From: Podarcis vaucheri | Lineage: Eukaryota | DNA length: 64,000 bases | Direction: 5' to 3' (one strand) | Assembly: GCA_965113315.1 (NCBI GenBank) | Contig: OZ220368.1 | Part shown: positions 38,481 through 47,144 of the stretch, piece after piece | How positions within the stretch are numbered: the stretch's first letter is position 1 | How the letters are laid out: every line of letters begins with the position of its first letter | The notes under the pieces: generated by a model | Seen by the model: only the letters and a program-made list of their open reading frames with translations | Databases searched by the model: none | Told to the model about the DNA's origin: nothing | Translations under genes and position numbers: made by a program

Positions 38481-39763
38481 CAGAGCTTCTCTCGTAAAGA
38501 TTTTTTAAATGTTACAAATTTATTCTGGATATTTTACGCAAACAGCTTGTGCTCTCCGGTATGAATAACCTATATAAGCATATTAAAATTCACACCTCAA
38601 TTCCAACACTTGTTTAACCAAAGTCCCACAGAGTTCTATGAGATGGGAGTATATAGGATTGCAGCCACACAATAGCAGCTCAGAGTGGTGTTTATATTAC
38701 GGGAGGTGAGGCGCATTTTGCTAAGGTGCATTTTAGAGTGTGGCGAAAGTATGGGAAAATATGCCATTAGGAACTTGGGGAAATGGGGGAGAAGTGACTG
38801 ACGGGACTCCTCCATATCCATCTTCTGGTTCACACTTGTGAATATTGAAAGACATTTTGCTGCATTACAGGTGTAGTCTTCCGTTATTCTCTTATCTAAT
38901 GAACTGAGGCTTGTTATTGTTGGCATGCTGAATGCTTTAGAAAGGGTTAGTGATACTCCGGTTAATTTACAGGCTGTTATTCCTTACTAAAGTCCTTTTG
39001 TTGTTTGTTCTAAGTTCTACATTCAGTCCTTGTTCCCTTGCAATCACACTGCCCATAGCCAGACAAAACATTAGCCCTGGCTCCCAAGGTAGTTCTTCCA
39101 ACAATGCAAAGAAGTCTCATCAGGGTGTCAGCGATTTCCGTGGCTGCTTTTGTAATGACATTTTGATGCCAAGTGAAAACATATTTGTTTCAGTAGGGTT
39201 TTGACCTGAGTGGCTTGCAAATGATTATCCCCTTGGCTTTTTAAAGTTGATTTTTAATCTGCCACACTGTCTGTGTTTTTCTGTTCTACTCTTACATGAT
39301 ATGGTTTTTGTGTGCATTTGATAGGTGCCTTGGGGGAAAAAGGCAAGCTGGATAGAAGTATTTCATATAAACCAAGAGGAGTCTCTAGACCTGTTGAGCT
39401 TTGCTAAATTAAGGACTCTGCTCATCTAGCCAGCAACTGAACCAATCACCAGTTTTAGCGTAGGAGTTGGCCTGCCCTTTCCTTGATCTCCCAGTGGGCT
39501 CACTTGTCAGCTAGCAGGTGATAAGGCAGGAGTATACGTTTCCTGAACATTTGGGTCTGCTATTGCTGTTAAGATTCTTTGGAGTCCTTGTTCCTGCCAA
39601 CCAAACTAACAAACGGAATTATTAGCCTACCTAAACCACACTGGACAGGCCTTGAGCCTGTCTGCTTTACTTGTGTTCTGTTATTGGGTCCCATCCATAC
39701 CAAACGTTTAAAACACTCTTATACCGCTTTGACCGTCATGGCCTCCCTCCAAATAGTCCTGGC

Positions 39764-40150
39764 TGTTGGCTTTTTGCAGTATGGTAACGCTGCAGAGAGC
39801 TTGCTGGGGAGATCATGCATTAAAAAGAAAGGACTCAAAAAGTACTTAAAGGTTTTAATAAGGAAAAACAAAAACTCCATTTACACTAAATACATTAACA
39901 AACCAAACCAAACCAGACCCAACCACCAACCCATCCCCCAGGGTTATGGGAGAGCTAGGTGCTGCTCCTTATATACTCTACCCAGATGCTGACACGCCTT
40001 AATCAAATACAACTCAGCAGCACCTGCTATGTTTCACAGCTGTAAAGCTGGGTCTCGTTATCTTGCTCTGGCCCTTGCTCCGGCCCTTTAAAGACATACA
40101 CATGGAGTGGAACAATGATGAACCTTTACATTTAAAGAAACCATTCAACA
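39764..40150 (-). repeat. Copia 3' LTR
   Basis: TGTTG...CAACA; matches 43262-43648 except at one position by eye. Confidence 0.97.
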
Positions 40151-40158
40151 TTTCCCCT
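40151..40158 (-). other. Polypurine tract
   Basis: Minus-strand AGGGGAAA abutting the TG of the 3' LTR. Confidence 0.8.
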
Positions 40159-40324
40159 GCGGTTCATCCTTGTGGAACAAAAACATAAAGCATACTTTGT
40201 ACATGTCTTTCATGTGTGATGTAAACTGCAACCTATAATGTTTGGTATGTTTAAGGTACATTACCACTCTCTTAAGAGCAGAGAAACATTGCATAGTGGG
40301 CTTTTCCACACTGTGAAGCATCTT

Positions 40325-43144
40325 TTAAAAAAGCTTAACTGTTTCATATTTTACACTTGGTGAATAGCACAAATCATAATCTTCTCCTGGAATTTGTTGA
40401 AAGCCCCTAGCAACTAGTCTTGCCTTGTACCTTACAACTTCATTTTTGTCATTCATTTTAACTCTATAAACCCATTTTGAATCAATAAGTCTCATATCTG
40501 GGGTTTGTAGTACAAGAGACCAAGTGTTATGCTCTTTTAAAGAAGCTATCTCAGAGTTCATAGCTTTATACCAATTTACAGCTTGGTGCTTAGGTAAATT
40601 CTGAACATCATTGTAGTTTTTTGGCTCAAAAACCGCCTTATTGGCATACACAGTATTAAAATGTTCATCTGCGAATCGTTGTGGTTTCTGTCTCTTTCTA
40701 TCTGAACGCCTCAGTCCGGAAGTAGAGTCAGACTCCTCAGACTTAATGGGACTAAGTGAACCACTAGTTTCAGGTTGTAAATCATCACTGTCAGACTGAA
40801 GAGGTGCCTGTAGGCTAAGCTCACGGTCAGAAAACTCAAGAGGATCCAACCTCCCCTCGGGTGCCTGTGACTTTAAATCCTCAAACAAATTATCCGATTC
40901 AACAGGCTTTTTGTCTTTCCCCATTAATTCAGAATCACCATTTCCTCCTGCTGCTGCTTCTTCCTCTTCTTCCTCAGTATCATTTATACCATCAGTATCT
41001 TGGAAAACAGCAACTCCATTCCAATTTACAGTTTGTATCATGCTTCTGGTAATATGAAATTTGCCAGTTGCTTGTATGTAAATTCTGTACACCCCCTGCT
41101 GGTAGCCCATTAATTTTCCCTGAACACTACGTTCACCCAATTTCTGCTTAGCGGGATAATGCATAATTACATCTGAACCCCAAATGCGTAGGTATTTCAG
41201 ATTAGGGCGTTTTTTAAACAACTTCTCATAGGGGGTGACATCTAAACCAGAATGATAACTGCGATTTTTAACATAACAAAACACATTAAGCGCTTCAGCC
41301 CAAAAGTCTTTGGGCAGATTAGCATCATGTAGATAAGTTTTAACCCCTGCCTGCAAGTCACGCTGCACAACTTCAACAAGCCCATTTTGCCAGGGACTTC
41401 GGGGGCAAGATAACTCATGAGTAGTCCCCTGCGCTTCCAGGAATTTCTCAAAATCCTCAGAAACAAATTCCCCGCCCCGGTCAGAAAACAGGTTTTTGAT
41501 AGGTTTGTTAAAGTGTGTTTTTACCCAGTTGCAAAAAACCTTATACTTCTCAAATGCTTGGGACTTCTCAGCTATTGCATAAGTCCAACAGTATCTACTA
41601 TACTGGTCTATGAGGGTAAGCCAGTACTTAGAACCTCCTAATGATGGTGGGAGTGGCCCAACTAAATCACAATGTACACACTCAAATGGCTCAGTTACTT
41701 TCCTATCTGAGCACCTACCCTTGCGTGCAACCTTAATCTTATTCTTGCAACAGGATAGACATTGCATAAAGAATTTGCATGGTTTTAAGTTGAGGCCATT
41801 AACAATATTCTTTGTCTTAATTACATCAGCAAAATTCAGGTGTCCCAGAATTCTGTGCGCCATGTGGACACACCCAGAATGTGGTCTTACATTCCTCAAC
41901 CCCTGGCTTGACTGTGCTGTTCTGCAATTTATAGGTGATTGGGAGTAGGTGCGAAAATACAGTCTATATAAACCATCAGATTCCCGGGCATACAATAGAC
42001 GTTTGTTCCCATCGAAAAACTCACACATTGACTTTAAGAAACGCACAGTTATGCCTTGACGAGCAAAACACCTTACTGATAATAAATTGTCCACTGACGG
42101 GCAGTAAATGCAGTTTGCTATTGTAATGTTTAAAGAGTCAAGTTTAACAGTACCCCTGCCAAGCGACTGCAGGACTTGTGAATTGGCTAAATGTACATTA
42201 CCAATTTCCTCTTCGAAAGAAATAAACAAGCTTCGATCATTGCAAACGTGCTGCGATGCTCCTGAGTCGATAACAAAAGACTTCCACTTGGTACCTTTAG
42301 GTCTTTTACGATCTGTTGTCCGAGCATGAAAAGCTCGCAGTTCGTTTCTGTCTTTACGGTACGATGTCGGCTGCTGGGCTGACGACCGTGACTGACGAAC
42401 AGAAACAGGCTTGGGAGTACTTTGCTTTCTTTTGGATCTGCAGTCCCTTGCAAAATGTCCTTGCTTATTGCAGAACCAACAACGCTTTGCAGCTTTAAAT
42501 GCAGTTGTCTCACCACAGGTTTGCATATGGCGTTCCTCATTCTTTCTGGAAACAGGAGTGCTTATGGCACAAGCCTCCCTTCTATCCAACTCACCCATTA
42601 ATCTTGCCGTTACCCCTTCCACAGTTAATTGTGCTGGTGGAACGGCAGATATCTGGCTAGCTATACCATCAAAGTCCTCATTAAGGGAACAAAGGATGAT
42701 GAAAACATACTGAATATCAGGTACCTCCATGTCCCTTCGAATTAATTCGCCGCGTATTGCCTCCAGACGTCTCAAGTGTGCTGCCAAATCACCACCAGGC
42801 TGCAACTTTGTCTGGTACAACTGCTTGAAAAACATCAATGCAGACGCTGACTCTTTTCTAACATGCACTGCTGCAAGACTGTCCCACATTTCTTTGGCAG
42901 TTTTCTTATTTCTTATATAGACTACTTGCTGGTCGCTGACTGCCAAATTGATTATCGCCCTGGCTTTTGCATCTCCTTTCGACCAGGCATTAGTTACAGG
43001 GTTAGGAGGGTCATCAGTTACATAGGTCCCTACTTCTCTAGAGGTCAAAAGCGCCTCCACCCAAAAAGACCATAAACTATAGTTCTCATCTGTTAGCTGT
43101 GGGAAGACCAGAGCCTTCTCAGCTTCAGGAACCCGGTCAACCAT
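40325..43144 (-). CDS. gag-pol: Copia Gag-Pol polyprotein, truncated in early RT (Gag, CCHC knuckle, protease, integrase, RT N-terminus)
   Basis: UBN2-like Gag (W...DAKARAII..TAKEMWDSL); CWFCNKQGHFARDC; protease IDSGASQH; HHCC (HRILGH..CLSC); integrase HCDLVGP/SDRGGEF/QNGLVE; GKLMGY; RT start EPKNY..KWVYRVK..YKARLVARGFQQ. First ATG is at 43144 (the track start 43168 is TTG). Confidence 0.93.
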   Translation of the reverse strand: MVDRVPEAEKALVFPQLTDENYSLWSFWVEALLTSREVGTYVTDDPPNPVTNAWSKGDAKARAIINLAVSDQQVVYIRNKKTAKEMWDSLAAVHVRKESASALMFFKQLYQTKLQPGGDLAAHLRRLEAIRGELIRRDMEVPDIQYVFIILCSLNEDFDGIASQISAVPPAQLTVEGVTARLMGELDRREACAISTPVSRKNEERHMQTCGETTAFKAAKRCWFCNKQGHFARDCRSKRKQSTPKPVSVRQSRSSAQQPTSYRKDRNELRAFHARTTDRKRPKGTKWKSFVIDSGASQHVCNDRSLFISFEEEIGNVHLANSQVLQSLGRGTVKLDSLNITIANCIYCPSVDNLLSVRCFARQGITVRFLKSMCEFFDGNKRLLYARESDGLYRLYFRTYSQSPINCRTAQSSQGLRNVRPHSGCVHMAHRILGHLNFADVIKTKNIVNGLNLKPCKFFMQCLSCCKNKIKVARKGRCSDRKVTEPFECVHCDLVGPLPPSLGGSKYWLTLIDQYSRYCWTYAIAEKSQAFEKYKVFCNWVKTHFNKPIKNLFSDRGGEFVSEDFEKFLEAQGTTHELSCPRSPWQNGLVEVVQRDLQAGVKTYLHDANLPKDFWAEALNVFCYVKNRSYHSGLDVTPYEKLFKKRPNLKYLRIWGSDVIMHYPAKQKLGERSVQGKLMGYQQGVYRIYIQATGKFHITRSMIQTVNWNGVAVFQDTDGINDTEEEEEEAAAGGNGDSELMGKDKKPVESDNLFEDLKSQAPEGRLDPLEFSDRELSLQAPLQSDSDDLQPETSGSLSPIKSEESDSTSGLRRSDRKRQKPQRFADEHFNTVYANKAVFEPKNYNDVQNLPKHQAVNWYKAMNSEIASLKEHNTWSLVLQTPDMRLIDSKWVYRVKMNDKNEVVRYKARLVARGFQQIPGEDYDLCYSPSVKYETVKLF

Positions 43145-43241
43145 TCTGGAACTCTTCCAGACCCACAAAAACTACGCTAACAGGAGAAGGAGTTTTCAAA
43201 CCTTTCTCAGAGTCCAAAAATATGCAGTCATCCACTCAGCA

Positions 43242-43256
43242 GCTGGGCCCATAACC
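43242..43256 (-). other. Primer-binding site complementary to the 5' half (anticodon arm) of initiator tRNA-Met
   Basis: Sense GGTTATGGGCCCAGC, 5 nt downstream of the 5' LTR; complement of tRNAiMet GCUGGGCCCAUAACC; same PBS type as Drosophila copia. Confidence 0.9.
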
Positions 43257-43261
43257 AAAGA

Positions 43262-43648
43262 TATTGGCTTTTTGCAGTATGGTAACGCTGCAGAGAGCTT
43301 GCTGGGGAGATCATGCATTAAAAAGAAAGGACTCAAAAAGTACTTAAAGGTTTTAATAAGGAAAAACAAAAACTCCATTTACACTAAATACATTAACAAA
43401 CCAAACCAAACCAGACCCAACCACCAACCCATCCCCCAGGGTTATGGGAGAGCTAGGTGCTGCTCCTTATATACTCTACCCAGATGCTGACACGCCTTAA
43501 TCAAATACAACTCAGCAGCACCTGCTATGTTTCACAGCTGTAAAGCTGGGTCTCGTTATCTTGCTCTGGCCCTTGCTCCGGCCCTTTAAAGACATACACA
43601 TGGAGTGGAACAATGATGAACCTTTACATTTAAAGAAACCATTCAACA
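43262..43648 (-). repeat. Copia 5' LTR
   Basis: 387 bp; its inner end reads ..CCAATA rather than ..CCAACA, the only LTR-LTR difference seen. Confidence 0.97.
43467..43473 (-). promoter_or_regulatory. Putative TATA box of the Copia LTR
   Basis: TATATAAG on the sense strand in mid-LTR, with candidate ATTAAA poly(A) signal ~115 nt downstream. Confidence 0.6.
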
Positions 43649-45636
43649 CTGGCAACTGTAGTTTGTTAAGGGTGTTGGGAATTGTAACTTATTGAGGGGC
43701 GCCACCCTTAAACTACTTGTTCCCAGGATTCTTTAGAGGAAGCCATGACTGTTAAAATGGTATAATAATGCCTCAAATGTATGGTGTGCGTGTGACCTAT
43801 ATTCAGCTGCACTGGGGCGAATTTTGCAAATATTGATACCAGCCTTTTGTTGTTGGTTGACAAGAGCCTTGCTGTATCAGACCAAAGGCCTTAGTCCTGT
43901 TTCCCACAAAGGCCGATCAGATACCTCTGGGAAGGCTACTAGCTGGACATGAGGGCAACAGCCCTACCGCTTTCTTTCTCTCAAGAGCAGTCCTATCTAA
44001 AAGCTTTTGATTTCCTCAGCTGCAGTGATCATTCCAGCGTAATGCTGGAGCCCACAGTCTTTGGGGACAAAAGCAAATGCATTAATGACTCAACCATATA
44101 GTCCATAAGCAGATTTTGGTAGTTACCAGCTGATATTGCTTGGCAGGGAAAGCCCAGAGTTCTTTGTACATACTCCACACATCTTTCCTCCGATTCAGAG
44201 GGCTGGCTGGCATTGTACACTGTGAAATAATATGCTAGCTATCAAAACAACGTGGCGAAAGCAGTGTGTGCAGCCTATGGGCTCATTAACATCCACTGAC
44301 TATGTGGCGTGACAGGGAAGCACTTGAAGTGCTGGAGGATCCCTTCAATTAAGAGCCAGCGCAGCGATTATAGCCCATCGTTTCCTGAAGGCTTCTGAAT
44401 GGCATGGATTAGAGGGGAAGAGAAAAGTGGTTAATTGTAATGAGTGTGCATCATCCAGCACAATGTGACCAACTGCTCTATTGCCAGGGTCCAGGAAGGA
44501 ACCAGTCCCAGTCTGAGCCAGCTGCTTGGCCTGTACATGTCAAGTCAGGCTGGCTTGGCTTGGCAGCTTGCCACAAACTTCTGAAGCATGAGGACTAATC
44601 TGGGGGGAAATTGTTGTAATGTATGCAAAGAGCCATTACACTAGCTGCAGAGCAGCATAATACAAATGATTATGCATGGATGAGGGTACAGTCTTAGCCA
44701 GCTCAAAACACTGCCTCATGAATTTTGTGGATGCAGGAGTTGGAGAGCAGGCTGGCGGAAGTTTTGTGGCTGTCTCTTGTAATCTTTTAACCAGACAAAG
44801 CTGCTCTCTTATGAGGAATACCGTTCTAACCTGCATGGGTTCATTGATCTAGTATGTACGGCCCATTGGTTTTGGCTGAAAACGCACAAGATTAAATTAA
44901 TGTTTGCAAAGCACCTCTGTGGCTTAGCATCTGTTTTCCATGATGGCTTTGCCCCTGTAGCCTTGAAACTACAGACTGAGAGTAATGTGCTGAAATGTTT
45001 TATTCCTTAGGAAATGATGCTAGCCAGGCTGGTATTTCCCCAAGAATGAGTTTATGGAACTTTGTGCAGGATGGGTGTTTTGATGCGTTTTGATGATGCG
45101 ATGCAGTAAACCACCAAAGGCGATTTCTGCTCAGCCTTCTCTTGCTCTGTTACCCTCTCTATGTTATGGTTGCAAAGCATGTTTTTTCTGCATGTTAGCT
45201 TTCTTGCTTTGGCACTGACTCCCTCATGGGCTATGCCTTCCTCAAGACCTCCTGCGGTCATCCACCATACAAAAATTCCTTGGCTCAAATTATAAGATAA
45301 GTGGACAAAATAAAGTTTTTCACTTCATCCCTGCATCAATCTGCAAAGCCCCTCTGGAGGGTCAGGGGAGCAGGGCTCTACTGACGGAGGGGGAATTATC
45401 TCATTCTTCAGGGTCCTCTTCTTGTAACTTCTCCTGTGTCTAATTTTTGTGTGTGTGTGGCCTTGGTAAAGTAAAATCAGGACTTGGGTAATAGCACTGA
45501 AATAAAAGCAGCTAGCCTCAATGCAGTTTGCAAATTTTAATGACGTAGCTGTCATCTGCAACAGTGGAGGGAGCTTCTCACTCATAACAATTGCTTGCTG
45601 TACTACAAGCCTCACATTGGGCAAAATATATTTGCT

Positions 45637-45694
45637 TTGCAGGGGGTTGGACTAGATGCCCTTTGTGGTCCCTTCTAACTCTACAATTCCATGA
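45637..45694 (+). mobile_element. CR1 LINE 3' terminus
   Basis: GCAGGGGGTTGGACTAGATG...GGTCCCTTCTAACTCTACAATTCCATGA. Confidence 0.75.
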
Positions 45695-46062
45695 ATATTG
45701 GAGACATTTGCTTCTCTTCAGAAAATGAGAACCTGGAAATCAATTTCCACTAAATACTTAGTGCTGATTTATAAGAAAGGGAAAACAGCCTTGCTGAAAT
45801 AAACAGCTGTTTTAGATGACCACTATCAGATGAAACAAGTGTAAACATTATTTTCTACCCTGGAGAAATCCATATGACTTCAACAGAAAGCATAAATATG
45901 TATTTGTTGTGACCTACTACAAAATATACTTCATTAAGGTTTAAAATACAAATAATAAAAAACCAGTAAGTGCATATTGGAGGCTATCATATCCTTATCT
46001 ATCCAGCACCATCTGTTATCTCAGTTTTTAAAAGATTATGGAAGTGTGTATTGAGTCTAGAC

Positions 46063-46272
46063 CAGTGGTGTCCAAACTTTTTTCAAAGAGGGCCAGATTT
46101 GATGAAGTGAAAGGCCATGGGGGCCGACCAAAGTTGTTGACCTTTTTTTAGGATTGAAGTTGTTGAGGTTTTTTTCCAGGATTTTACCCCAGGAAATAAA
46201 CTGCCGCAGGGGCAGGATTAAACCAGCCGGTGGGCCGGATTAGGCCCCCGAAACGGACTTTGGACATGTCTG
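46063..46272. mobile_element. hAT (Charlie-like) MITE
   Basis: CAGTGGTGTCCAAAC / CTTTGGACATGTCTG ends; GGGCCGGAT subterminal motifs; partial GTCT flank match. Confidence 0.75.
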
Positions 46273-46800
46273 GTCTTACAAAGCAGGGAGCATTTTTCTT
46301 AGAACGTTAATAAAAGCAGCAAAATGACAACTCTCCTTACCACCCCTGTTATGCCACTTCTTATTTTTGGCAAGGCATGTGTCTGTGTGGTCCCCTTCCT
46401 GCCGCCTTCTTGGTTTTTGTAGTGTTAGAAGTTCTGAAGAGACAAGTTGATTTGTCAGTTCTTAAGCTTCATCTCAGGTGACAGCAGCTGAATTGATGTA
46501 GATGGAATGGAGCAGATAAAACGATCACCCAGTGTTAAGATAAGCTTTAATAGGAACAATTTAGGTGTTGATGCGCTTGGTAAATAATACTTCTGTTTAC
46601 TAATCCTAATGGCTCTCTTTGTAGCTAATCAGTCATAAATAAACAAAGCTGATTAATACTCATTTTACTGGATTTCACCAGTTGTCAGAAAACATGGAGG
46701 TTCTGACAGAAGTTTTGCATTATTATTGTTGTTATTCAAAGGAACTGCATCAAAGCAAGTGGAACTGATTTGTGCCCAAGTAGAGGATGTGTAGAGGATG

Positions 46801-47144
46801 GGACGCAGGTGGCGCTGTGGGTTAAACCACAGAGCCTAGGTTTGCCAATCAGAAGGTTGGCGGTTCGAATCCCCATGACGGGATGAGCTCCCGTTGCTCG
46901 GTCCCTGCTCCTGCCAACCTAGCAGTTCGAAAGCGTGCCAGTGCAAGTAGATAAATAGGTACCGCTCCGGCAGGAAGGTAAACAGCGTTTCCGTGTGCTG
47001 CTCTGGTTCGCCAGAAGCGGCTTAATCATGCTGGCCACATGACCCGGAAGCTGTACGCCGGCTCCCTCGGCCAGTAAAGCGAGATGAGCGCCGCAACCCC
47101 AGAGTCAGCCACGACTGGACCTAATGGTCAGGGGTCCCTTTACT
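46801..47144 (+). mobile_element. Sauria (Squam1) SINE, subfamily B
   Basis: Full-length homology to the 27791 copy; flanked by TAGAGGATG(TG) repeats. Confidence 0.93.

Larger units (their letters stand above)
39764..43648 (-). mobile_element. Ty1/Copia LTR retrotransposon, recent, internally deleted (RT core and RNase H missing), 3885 bp
   Basis: Two 387-bp LTRs; outer termini TG..CA; 5-bp TSD CTGGC (39759-39763, 43649-43653); PBS and PPT present; gag-PR-IN-RT domain order. Confidence 0.97.
39687..43797. mobile_element. Palindromic MITE split by the Copia insertion (arms 39687-39763 and 43649-43797)
   Basis: Left arm GGTCCCATCCATACC..TATACC..GTCATGGC..CCTGG is the imperfect reverse complement of right arm CCAGG..GCCATGAC..GGTATA..GGTGTGCGTGTGACC. 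Confidence 0.7.

Noticed and set aside
39579-39992. 137-aa plus-strand ORF, and the identical 72-aa ORF at 43272-43490
   Set aside because: Antisense reading of the LTR; the duplication only reflects LTR identity, the starts are non-ATG and there are no domains.
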